A stretch of 63,121 bases of DNA, the filler included, from Octopus bimaculoides (taxonomy: Eukaryota): the NCBI RefSeq assembly GCF_001194135.2. It is 7 parts of 6 records of this genome, joined end to end, with 100 filler letters (N's around TTAATTAATTAA, not from the genome) between each part and the next. Parts side by side here need not be neighbours in the genome. Positions count along the whole stretch, not along the records: positions 46,942 to 51,128 come from NC_069003.1; positions 51,229 to 54,374 come from NW_026371650.1; positions 54,475 to 58,534 come from NC_068985.1; positions 58,635 to 60,797 come from NC_068985.1; positions 60,898 to 63,121 come from NW_026298815.1; 2 more parts are not named here. One strand, 5' to 3'. A program made the position numbers and the translations under genes. Below, piece after piece: positions 50,971 through 63,121 of this stretch (positions are counted from its first letter, which is position 1; each line of letters starts with the position of its first letter). The notes beneath the pieces were generated by a model that saw only the letters and a program-made list of their open reading frames with translations, had not been told where the DNA came from and did not search any database.

Positions 50971-51057
50971 GATCAGAATTTAACCTTTTGTTTTAATACT
51001 TACTGCTCTATTCTTTAAAGTATGCTTCTGTTTCTAATATATGTTATATTGACAAAC

Positions 51058-51095
<38 letters not shown>

Positions 51096-51231
51096 GCGTA
51101 CAAGAAGAGATGACCACTATATATATATNNNNNNNNNNNNNNNNNNNNNNNNNNNNNNNNNNNNNNNNNNNNTTAATTAATTAANNNNNNNNNNNNNNNN
51201 NNNNNNNNNNNNNNNNNNNNNNNNNNNNTTT

Positions 51232-51322
51232 AATTCCTACATAAGTTTCAAAATATATGTGCACTCTACTCCAAAGAAGTAAGAGGTGCTGGAGTTGCAC
51301 ATATATTCATCGTCAGGGAACC
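51232..51322 (-). ncRNA. Type I hammerhead-ribozyme motif in the 3' pseudo-LTR (second copy at 53195-53285, plus)
   Basis: Stem I GGTTCC/GGAATT; CTGACGA; stem II GAATATATGTGCA/TGCACATATATTT; GAAAC-TTAT-GTA triplet. The 10.1-11.1 pair is non-canonical. Confidence 0.7.
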
Positions 51323-52012
51323 AACATATAGAAGCAAGACAAGTGCGAAATGATAAGGTTACGCACGAGTTATAGTATTATATGACTAAGTAAGTGACTG
51401 TTAGAAACAAGAACGCTGGTTTACATAGAGTTATTACGGGAGGGAGGCTGTAAACGCTATACTAAAGGTTTAAATTAAATGATTAAAATAAGGGAAGGCA
51501 AAATGGATCACAGTAAAATTAGTAAACAAAAGCTGTAAGCTATAAGCTAAACAAGAGGTGGAGGAAGGGAGAGAATCCAAAGAATTCATCGTATATAATA
51601 ATTTCTCCTTAAGGAAAAAAATAATAACATACTGATTTGAAACGAAGAATGTAAGTATAATAAATAAAACATCATAGCCTTGTAATATATTAATATACGG
51701 ATATTAACGCAAATTAATGGTAAAACAAGGTACAAGATATTTTGTTGAGAAATAATAATAATAATATACAAGCTTACAAGGAGAAGATCGGGTATATTTA
51801 ATTAAAGTTCCTAATGGTACAAACACAACTAATGTAGCATTACTGGGAATGATTTACTTAACCAACTATAGAATAGGAAGATGAAAGACAAGTGGCGATG
51901 GAGGCAGAAATAAATATTATTTAAGATTATATTAAAAGATATTATTCAGAACACATTTGGTAAAAAAAATAATAATAATACCTAAAAACTTAAACTAGTA
52001 AGAAGGAAGAAA

Positions 52013-52747
52013 TTAATGATAATAATTGAAGGTATGTCTCTGCCAGTGCTTACATCGATATGCTCTCTGTGTTATCTGGTTTACTAGATGATTCTTGGAG
52101 AACAGAATATGGAAAAGCTCCAAGTTACAAACAGGACAAAAATCCTTACTTTTGTCGTAGGGAACTGAGGTAGCCAGTATAGACCATTCCAAAGAGAATT
52201 GTTTGTTGCAATCTTTCAGTTCCCAAATAAATTTACTTAGGCCTGTGCTGTTAGCTTTATTCCTATCCCTAAATGAAGAATAATAGTTCGATATTCTCTT
52301 GGAGACCTGCGTCAATGAGCTACCTATGTATAACAAGACGTCAGCGCAAGACATTACCTTACATTGATAAACTACATTCCTGGTCTTGGCATTCGCACTT
52401 AAAAACTTAATTCTATTAGGATTTGATTCCGAGATGCTAATCTTATTGTTGTTACAGAGATTGTTATATTTACTAATATTGTACATACTACCTATATTTA
52501 TACCTAAATGACTATTGCCATCATATGAGTGTGTTAAATTACTGGAGTAATTATTATTGTTATTGATATAAACATTACTATTATTATCATCATAACTGGG
52601 ATGGCAGTCTAGAGATGAATCTAAAAGCCTGAAATTATGGGAAGATATAATCTGTAACAAATTTTTAGTATTAGAAAACCCAAATCTAACCTTATGTGAG
52701 TTGATTATTGGGTAATAGTAGGAACCGCTAGGAAAGTTCCTACTCAC
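52013..52747 (-). CDS. Penelope-type RT C-terminal linker + GIY-YIG endonuclease, uninterrupted 244-aa frame (transposon-encoded)
   Basis: NVVYQCKV...LLYIGSSLTQVSKRISNYYSSFR...TGLSKFIWELK...LEWSILATSVPY...CPVCNLE, with an Asn-rich expansion upstream. Confidence 0.85.
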   Translation of the reverse strand: MSRNFPSGSYYYPIINSHKVRFGFSNTKNLLQIISSHNFRLLDSSLDCHPSYDDNNSNVYINNNNNYSSNLTHSYDGNSHLGINIGSMYNISKYNNLCNNNKISISESNPNRIKFLSANAKTRNVVYQCKVMSCADVLLYIGSSLTQVSKRISNYYSSFRDRNKANSTGLSKFIWELKDCNKQFSLEWSILATSVPYDKSKDFCPVCNLELFHILFSKNHLVNQITQRAYRCKHWQRHTFNYYH

Positions 52748-53331
52748 CGCGTCTCAGAACTGCCGGACCAAATTTGATTTAACTTGCTACCCAAACGGGA
52801 GGATGAGCCAGATATTATCATCAGATCTAGTTACAGTATTACTGTGGTTGAATAAATAAAGATTTTTGTTTTTGTTAAAGTGTTTAGAGCCAGTTTGGGC
52901 CTCCTCTCTTATGTGAATGATAAGCATGTTCCACTTTCTCAGTAAAGTGAGAAGAATGGGAAGAAATAGAAGTGGGTTTATCCCCGCTAGTAGAGGGGGT
53001 ATCATGTTGTGCAAAAGGTGAAAGATCATTTAAATCGTTTAATTTAAACCTTTAGTATAGCGTTTACAGCCTCTCTCCCGTAATAACTCTATGTAAACCA
53101 GCATTCTTGTTTCTAACGGTCACTTACTTAGCCATATAATATCATAACTCATACGTAAACTTATCATTTCGCATTTGTCTTGCTTCTATATGCTGGTTCC
53201 CTGACGATGAATATATGTGCAATTCCAGCACCTCTTTCTTCTTTGGAGTAGAGTGCACATATACTTTGAAACTTATGTAAGAATTAAAGGAACTTTTGTT
53301 TATATGCGTTTTGCTCCATTTATTATTATTA

Positions 53332-53438
<107 letters not shown>

Positions 53439-53449
53439 TTATGCATTTC

Positions 53450-54250
53450 AGCCAATTGGCTGAAGTCGTGCTGCATCACGACCATGACTTTACCTCTTTA
53501 TACTGTTCTCTCTGCACATTCCTTGCATGGCTCTTCTCCGCCACCTGATGTAGTCCAATCAAGCCTTTCAATGGCACATCTGGTGTATAAGAGAATTGGA
53601 CATCGCTCCCTTCAACTACATCTCATTTCAAGCCATCGATTCGTCTGGTATTGCGGACAGGAAAGTGTTGAGTTTTTGTTCTGAAGACCTGTACATCCAT
53701 GTTTTGCAGGTCTCTCAATTGTTTTGGCGGGGCGTTAAAGAGCTGAGATCCTCTGAAACCGAGCCTGTTGCAATACCTTGTTCTTATGTGAGATGCAGTG
53801 GACGGTACTCTTTGTACTATGCAGTGGCAACCAATGCGGGCATTCGTATTGTACTTGATTCCAAAATTTGGTACCAGTCTTTCCAGTATTTTCCATACAT
53901 AAATTATTACATATCTCTCCCGCCTGCATCCAGGGAGTAGAGACGTAGTGCCTTAAGTCGCTCCCTATAGTTCATCTGCTGCACTATGGCGATCTTTTTT
54001 TATAGTGATGCTGAACTGCCTCGAGTTCTGTTGTTAGCTTGACACTGTGTGGTAAACCACAACTGAGAGCAATAGTCCAGGCAGCTCAGAACAAATGTCT
54101 TCCATAGAGTCAACATGACTTTTTGATCCTTTGCTCTGAATGTCCTCCGTATCCACCCTGCCAGTTTGTCTGCACTTTGCTGTCAACTTGACAATGTGCA
54201 TGTGAAATGATGCATCACTACACATGTTGATGCCCAGGTCTCTCACTGTT
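53450..54250 (-). mobile_element. CR1/L2-superclade LINE 3' fragment
   Basis: VRDLGINMCSDASFHMHI, WILRTF...MLTLWKTFVLSCLDYCSQLW, MNYRERLKALRLYSL. Confidence 0.8.
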
Positions 54251-54289
<39 letters not shown>

Positions 54290-54709
54290 TATATATGCAT
54301 ATATATATTTATATATGTACATATATATATATATTTATATATGTATATATTATATATGCATATATATATTTATANNNNNNNNNNNNNNNNNNNNNNNNNN
54401 NNNNNNNNNNNNNNNNNNTTAATTAATTAANNNNNNNNNNNNNNNNNNNNNNNNNNNNNNNNNNNNNNNNNNNNTTAAGAAGGTTGAGCAAAACACCCAT
54501 GTTTCCAAAAGTGAATTATTCAAACCCCAAAGAATTCCTCTCAGCACATGGCTATGATGCTCCCCCACTTCTTCTGCTCGTGATCAGAGATGCACATATT
54601 GTTAGCTGCCAAGGGACATGCTCAACTGGTTAAGGTCAAACAACTGATAAGCAAATCTGTGGTATTAAGCAGAATATTTGCTGTACCCCATCTTTTTATA
54701 TTATTATAA

Positions 54710-54779
<70 letters not shown>

Positions 54780-54914
54780 TAAATTTTGCCACAAGGGCAG
54801 CAATTTAGGGGTAAGGGATGTGTCGATTACATCGACCCCAGTGTTCAACTGGCACTTATTTTATCGACCCCGAAAGGATTAGAGGTAAAGTCGACCTCGG
54901 CGGAAATTGAAGTC

Positions 54915-57135
54915 AAAACCAATCAACAGGTATCCTCGCAGGAAAAAATATATCCGTTCCTTGCAGGAAACAACTTACTGCCAGTAGACCACAAGGCATG
55001 CCAAAAAGGATCCAAAGGCCCCGACCATTACCTTGTGATAGACAATGTTATAATGAACAACTGTAACCAGTACCAAAAAAACTTATGCATGGCCTGGATA
55101 GACTTCAAAAAGGCTTACGACATGTTTCCGCATTCGTGGATTTTGAAAACACTCGACATATGTGGAATAACTGTGAACGTGTGTGCACTGATTAAGAACA
55201 CCATGCTTAGTAGGAAAACACGTCTTTACTGTTACAACCAGCACTTAGCCGAGGTAACAATCAAAAGAGATGTCTCCCAAGGAGACTCGTGTTCACCTCT
55301 GTTATTTGTGATAGCCTTGATCCCACTTTCCGTTGTCCTACGCAAAGTCAACGCGCATTATGAGCTGAGAACGAATGGACCGCGTCTCGGTCACCTTCTC
55401 TTAATGGTTGATTTAAAACTGTTCGCAGAAACAGGGCCTGAAATGGAGAGGTTGACTGAGACTCCAAATATGCAGCAAGATTATAGAAATGGAATTCGGT
55501 ATCTCGAAGTGAGCGGGGCTTACTGTGAAACGAGTAAATTGTTGCAGAATAGAATTTCCAAACGGAGAGAGAATAGAAGACCCGGATGATGATGGGTACA
55601 GTTACCTTGGGATTCGGAAGCTGGACAATACGTTGCATGAAGAAATGAAAGACAAGGTCATCACTGCATATTTCAAGTGCCTTGAAATTCTCTTGAAATC
55701 AAAACTCAACTCAAGAAACATTGTGACTACCATCAACATATAAGCGGTTGCTGTATACCGCTATAGTGCCCCCATCCTGAAATGGACACGTAGAGATTAA
55801 CAAGCTCGATCGCACTACCCGAAAGACAATGACATTGTATGGTGCCCTCCACCTTAAGGCGTATGTACACTGTGTTTACATGAAATGGGGTAAAGGTGGA
55901 TGTGGACTGATTAGCGTACGAGAGTGCATCAACAGTGAAGAAACATGGCAGAATAATCGGTAAACAGAAAACAAGACCTGCTGCTAATGCAGAAGGATTT
56001 AACAAAAATGGACTTGAGAAAGCTCATTAATTCCGATCAAGAACAGGCAACGAGACAGAAGAAATCCTACTTCACATGGAATTACATGGTCAGTTCTACC
56101 GTGAAACCAGCAAATTAAAAGACCAGAAAGCATTATGGAGGTGGCGTAACTAAGATGACCTAACAAAGAATATTGAAAGTCTAATCATCGCTGCCCAGAA
56201 CCAGGCATTGAATACCAACTCAATGGAAAAGAATATATACCACTCAAGTGTAACGGATCTCTCCAGAATGTATTGGAAGAGGATCGACAGCATGACTCAC
56301 ATTGTTAGTGCTTGCGAAAGTCTTGCGCAGAGAGAGTACAAGTGTAGACACGACAAGATAACCCAAAACCTCCACTGGCTACTATGCCGTAAGTATGGAT
56401 ATGAGGTTACGGCTACTGGGTACCAATATACACCGGAAAAGATAATGGACGAAAAGGGGAAAGCAAAATTCATGTGGATGTTTGAATTCCAGACAGATAA
56501 GGTATTACAACACTGAAGGCGGATATGATTAATCGCTGACCAAACACCATTCAATTTTTTTTCTCCGTGTTTTTCTCCTTGTTTTCTCCGTATTCTTTCT
56601 GTTCAAGAGCGTAGCTCGAAACGTTAAAGATTTTCTGTATTCCCGAGCGTCAAACTAATACATCCTTTTGTTGTTTACACCACCTGTCCTCGTCTCTTGT
56701 TTTTTTCGTACATTTTCCTACATTAACTTTTAGGTGGGGCCAAGAAGAGTGCCTGATAACTGACGTGATAGTGACAGGAGTTCAATATATCTTCATGAAA
56801 GAGAAAAGGCTGATAATTATGGAGACCTGAGAATTGAGATCGCTAAGATACGGCAGCTACGAGAGTCAAACATAAAGGCTATTCCTATTGCCATCGGAGC
56901 ATTGGGTTCAATACCACCCAATCTGGAAAAAAAAACATCGGAAAACGTTAAACATACCCTACAATCTAGATGTATTGCAAAATTCGGCATTACTTGGAAC
57001 TGTCCGCATATTGCGTAAACTACTGTCAATCTGAAGTCTTTGTTGTGATTTGACAAACAGTACAAACACCTGGTAGACACAATATATTCATGCAACAATT
57101 TCACGATATTGTATACTGTGCGACGTCTATAATAA
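54915..57135 (+). mobile_element. R4/Dong-like LINE (RT + CCHC + REL), 5'-truncated, decayed, with (AAT)n tail
   Basis: AWIDFKKAYDMFPH, SQGDSCSPLLFVIAL, HLLLMVDLKLF, YLGI, AAQNQAL, THIVSACESLAQREYKCRHD, FQTDK, ECLITDV, IPIAIGALG. Confidence 0.92.
56543..56740 (+). mobile_element. ~200-bp insertion in the REL domain, probable solo Penelope-type pseudo-LTR with minimal hammerhead-like motif
   Basis: Interrupts the frame between QTDKVLQH.RPDM and ECLITDV; contains TTCAAGA-GAGC-GTA-GCTC-GAAACG at ~56602-56623. Confidence 0.55.
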
Positions 57136-57155
57136 TAATGATGATGATGATGACG

Positions 57156-57191
<36 letters not shown>

Positions 57192-57675
57192 TCATCACCA
57201 CCACCGCCAACAACAACAACAACAATAATAATAATAATAATAATAATAATAATTTGTCCCTTGGTGGCTGACGATATGTGCATCTCTGATCATGAGCAGA
57301 AGTAGTGGGGGTGCATTATAGCCATGTGTTGAGAGGAATTCTTTGCGGTTTGAATAATTCACCTCTGGAAGCATGGGTGTTTTGCTCAACATCCTTAAAC
57401 AACCCTTATTCAGGGACCTTTTGAACGGAATGGGCTACTCGACCTGAAGAAAATTCTAACTGGACCCCACCTGCGAGGTCATGTGCTGTTTATCTTGATA
57501 TGATATAACTATGTCGCGCACATATGGTTGTGATGCATGTGCCTGGTGTACCCTTATCAGACGGGTAGTCATGATGGGTATATTGTGTTTCGTATATTTT
57601 ACCCCAGTGTCACTTTGATGGTATGCACTGCTCTCTCACTCAATAATAATAATATTAATAATAATAATATATAGG

Positions 57676-58060
57676 ATGTACCACCAAAAATCAGATGTAC
57701 ACAGGTTCTATTTCCCACGAAAGGAAAGCAGCAGAGGTCAAATCCAGCATGAAACGTCATATAAAACGACAACGATAGGACCTGAAGTGTACATCCAAAG
57801 TATCACCGACCGGATGATATTGCTGGTAAGGCAACATGAACAGATTAAGAAACTGCATGCAATCTCAAAGGAGGCGTATAAATACAGACGAGAGCTTAGC
57901 CTCCCTAATTATGATGATGAGAAAGAGGACACCCCAGTCACCGAGGGAGCAAAAATGGGTAAAACGAAAGCCAAACCGGAAAGCTTGAAAAAAAAAAGGA
58001 CCATTGCACGGCCAGAATCCTAAACGAGCTGGAGAAACTGATTTAGATAAAAGAAGAACT
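57676..58060 (+). mobile_element. R4/Dong-like LINE internal fragment between (AAT)n tracts
   Basis: MYHQKSDVHRFYFPRKESSRG (compare LHPRSDVDRLYLPRKEGGRG). Confidence 0.7.
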
Positions 58061-58084
58061 CATCAATGAGTGCAAAAGTCAAGC

Positions 58085-59090
<1,006 letters not shown>

Positions 59091-59683
59091 CAGTAATATG
59101 ATGGCGAGCGGGGGAGTTGCTGCGGTGGTGGTGATGTTGCAGTGGCAACGGTGGTGGTGCTGGCGGTGGTGGTGGTGGGGGAGGTGAGGTGAGTTAGTAT
59201 AGTGGTTAGTGTTGGAAGAGATTGTTTTCAAAACTTGTTCCCATTTATGCTGTTAGAAAAAGTCAATGCAAACGAGAGAAAGAAAGAAAGAGAGAGTGAG
59301 AGAGAAGAAGAGAAAGAGAAAGAGAAAGAGAAAGAGAAAGAGAGAGAAATGGAGAGAGCGAGAGATACAGGGATATATTTCAGTCTCTCTCCAATTCACT
59401 CTCTCTCACTACATGTATATATNNNNNNNNNNNNNNNNNNNNNNNNNNNNNNNNNNNNNNNNNNNNNNNNNNNNNNNNNNNNNNNNNNNNNNNNNNNNNN
59501 NNNNNNNNNNNNNNNNNNNNNNNNNNNNNNNNNNNNNNNNNNNNNNNNNNNNNNNNNNNNNNNNNNNNNNNNNNNNNNNNNNNNNNNNNNNNNNNNNNNN
59601 NNNNNNNNNNNNNNNNNNNNNNNNNNNNNNNNNNNNNNNNNNNNNNNNNNNNNNNNNNNNNNNNNNNNNNNNNNNNNNNNNNN

Positions 59684-59716
<33 letters not shown>

Positions 59717-62689
59717 TTGATAGATACATACATGCACATATTTGTATATGTGCATGTATATATATGTGTGTATAGATATAATGTATGTATGTATGTATGT
59801 ATGTTTTGTATGTGTGTATGTGTGTATGTGTGTATGTGTGTATGTATGCAACTATGAATGTATATGCAGTGAGAGTGAATGAATGTGTGTGCATGTGTGT
59901 GTATGTGTGTGTGTGTGTGAGAAAGAGAGGGAGAGGCAGAGAGAAGAAAAAAAATGAATAAGAATCAATCAATTTATAATCAAATCCGATGAAGATAAAA
60001 TGTTTGAGAGAAGAGAAAGACAGAGAGAGAGGGGGAGAAATTCACGGAGTGAGAGAGAAAAGGGGATAGAAAGAAAGAGAGGGAGCTAAAGAAAGAATAA
60101 AACATTGAGAGAGAAAGAGAGAGAGTGAGAGAGAGAGGAAGAGAAGCGAGTGAGTGAGAGAGAAAGAGAGAGAGAGTGAGAGACTGAAGCTCCATTTCGA
60201 AAGAGGGCAGTGAAGTTCATTTATAATACATGTAACAAGAACAGGCGGATGTATAACATCGAGGAAACAACCAATGACTGCTGTGTACGTCATGAGCAGG
60301 ACTTGCTTTGAAACCACAATGATTGGTTTCTATAACTTCTAAACCACACCCCACATTTCAGCTTGCTTCTTCTTTATACAAAGTATCAAATATATATATG
60401 TATATATATATATATATCGTGCACTATGCATGAATATATGTGAAGTGAATGTGATGATAGTGATTATGCTGCTGCTGCTGACGATGATGATGACAGCAAT
60501 GGTGGTGATGGTGGTGATGGTGGTGATGGTGGTGATGGTGGTGATATTGAAAATGGTGGTAAAGACGTATCGTCTGCTTTCCAACCAAATTTTCTTCGCT
60601 CCTCTATTTTTGTTTTTGAAACTACTTCTGTATCTATTTATTTTTTGTTGGTTTTTCACCCTTCTTCTTCTTCTTCTTCTTCTTCTTCTTCTTCTTCTCC
60701 TTCTCCTTCTCCTCCTCCTCCTCCTCCTCCTCCTCCTCCTCCTTCTTCTTCTTCTTCTTCTTCTTCTTCTTCTTCTTCTTCTTCTTCTTCTTCTTCTNNN
60801 NNNNNNNNNNNNNNNNNNNNNNNNNNNNNNNNNNNNNNNNNTTAATTAATTAANNNNNNNNNNNNNNNNNNNNNNNNNNNNNNNNNNNNNNNNNNNNATA
60901 GTAGAAAACACTTGCTCAAGGTGCCACGCAGTGGGACTGAACCTGGAATATATGTATGTATGTATGTATGTGTTTGTGCGTATGTATGTATGTATGTATG
61001 TATGTGTATGTGTGTGTGTGTGTGTGTGTCCGTTTCCGTTTCCGTCTACCAAATCCACTCACAAGGCTTTGGTCGACCCAAGGCTATTGTAGAAGACACT
61101 TGTCCAAGGTGCCACGCAGTGGGACTGAACCGTGAACCATGTGGTGAGAATCAATCTTCTTAACCACTTGCCCACACCTGCATCTATATTTGTGGAAAAT
61201 TTCATTAAAAAATTTCTATTTTTCTGAAAGTTATGAAAAAACAAAATCAAACCATGTGACATCTACAACNNNNNNNNNNNNNNNNNNNNNNNNNNNNNNN
61301 NNNNNNNNNNNNNNNNNNNNNNNNNNNNNNNNNNNNNNNNNNNNNNNNNNNNNNNNNNNNNNNNNNNNNNNNNNNNNNNNNNNNNNNNNNNNNNNNNNNN
61401 NNNNNNNNNNNNNNNNNNNNNNNNNNNNNNNNNNNNNNNNNNNNNNNNNNNNNNNNNNNNNNNNNNNNNNNNNNNNNNNNNNNNNNNNNNNNNNNNNNNN
61501 NNNNNNNNNNNNNNNNNNNNNNNNNNNNNNNNNNNNNNNNNNNNNNNNNNNNNNNNNNNNNNNNNNNNNNNNNNNNNNNNNNNNNNNNNNNNNNNNNNNN
61601 NNNNNNNNNNNNNNNNNNNNNNNNNNNNNNNNNNNNNNNNNNNNNNNNNNNNNNNNNNNNNNNNNNNNNNNNNNNNNNNNNNNNNNNNNNNNNNNNNNNN
61701 NNNNNNNNNNNNNNNNNNNNNNNNNNNNNNNNNNNNNNNNNNNNNNNNNNNNNNNNNNNNNNNNNNNNNNNNNNNNNNNNNNNNNNNNNNNNNNNNNNNN
61801 NNNNNNNNNNNNNNNNNNNNNNNNNNNNNNNNNNNNNNNNNNNNNNNNNNNNNNNNNNNNNNNNNNNNNNNNNNNNNNNNNNNNNNNNNNNNNNNNNNNN
61901 NNNNNNNNNNNNNNNNNNNNNNNNNNNNNNNNNNNNNNNNNNNNNNNNNNNNNNNNNNNNNNNNNNNNNNNNNNNNNNNNNNNNNNNNNNNNNNNNNNNN
62001 NNNNNNNNNNNNNNNNNNNNNNNNNNNNNNNNNNNNNNNNNNNNNNNNNNNNNNNNNNNNNNNNNNNNNNNNNNNNNNNNNNNNNNNNNNNNNNNNNNNN
62101 NNNNNNNNNNNNNNNNNNNNNNNNNNNNNNNNNNNNNNNNNNNNNNNNNNNNNNNNNNNNNNNNNNNNNNNNNNNNNNNNNNNNNNNNNNNNNNNNNNNN
62201 NNNNNNNNNNNNNNNNNNNNNNNNNNNNNNNNNNNNNNNNNNNNNNNNNNNNNTTGGTAGACGGAAACTGAAAGAAGCCCGTCGTATATATGTATATATA
62301 TACATGTATGTGAGTAAAAAAAAAGACAGAGAGATAGATACATACATACATACATACATATACATGTACATGTACACAAACACACACACATATATACACG
62401 TATCACCAAAGCTATATGCATGTGACTTACTGTAAACTATTCTCCGCTTTCCATATTTTTCTCTCTGTTGCTGTTGTCCTTTTTGTTGTTGTCATTGAGT
62501 TTCCTGTTGTCCCTGTAGTGGTAGCACAGTTGCTGTTGTTGGTAGTGTTGGTGGAGGTGGTCGTCGTCGTCGTTACTTTGGAAGGTATAGTCCAGACCTG
62601 GCTGTATCCAGTGGTCTGTAGCTGACCGCACAACATCTCTTCCATGTACATGCCGCCCATTCTATGCTGCCCGACTGGATGGTTAGCCG

Positions 62690-62945
62690 GTGGGCTGGCT
62701 GGCTGGCTGGTTGGTTGGCTTGATGGCTGGATGGATGGATAGTTGACTGGTTGGCTGAGCGGAGGGATGGAAGGCTAGCCGGTTGGCTAGTTTGCTGGCT
62801 GGATGCCTGGTAGACTGGCAGACCAGATGGCTGGCTTGTTGGTCCACTGGATAGATAGCTAACTGGATGGCTGGCTGGCTGGTCAGTTGGCTAACTAGAT
62901 GGCTGGCTGGTTGGTTGGTTGTATGCATGAATGGTTGACTGGCCT
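62690..62945. repeat. Degenerate (GGCT/GGTT/GGAT)n tetranucleotide array
   Basis: Visible directly in sequence. Confidence 0.9.
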
Positions 62946-63077
62946 GCTGGTTGTGTGCCCAACAGAGAATGTTTCTAATGTCTGATTGCAGGCTTGTGTG
63001 TGTGTGCATGCGCACGTGCATAGCATGTCTATGTGCAGTTGTCATAGTTGAGTCTATGTGCTAAGTTACAAAGACAA

Positions 63078-63108
<31 letters not shown>

Positions 63109-63121
63109 CGTATATATATAT

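Noticed and set aside
60898-61175. Tandem duplicated SINE heads
   Set aside because: A common family next to a scaffold gap; cannot be distinguished from an assembly artefact.

Overview
This is AT-rich, microsatellite-dense animal genomic DNA with many N gaps. The SINE/LINE families and simple-repeat load strongly suggest an Octopus assembly (inferred, not verified). It is mostly intronic sequence of one minus-strand gene, an invertebrate KIAA1217(SKT)/SRCIN1(p140Cap)-like AIP3-domain protein. Two exons (14789-14588 and 4450-4252) have canonical splice sites, join in frame, and are recognisable by peptide similarity. The introns hold decayed mobile elements: two independent Ty3/Gypsy insertions, several RTE-clade LINEs (two with 5' inversions), four R4/Dong-like REL LINE pieces, Tx1-like and CR1-like 3' ends, three Penelope-like elements, a full-length decayed mariner and many tRNA-derived SINEs. 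The most notable features are hammerhead-ribozyme folds (9099, 50906, 51232/53195, 56600), a ~245-bp-arm foldback palindrome split by an RTE insertion about 1 kb from an exon, a Penelope copy with inverted pseudo-LTRs, and a CpG-retaining promoter-like region near 47.1-47.8 kb. There is no CRISPR, rRNA or true tRNA gene. Most listed ORFs are microsatellite or gap noise.
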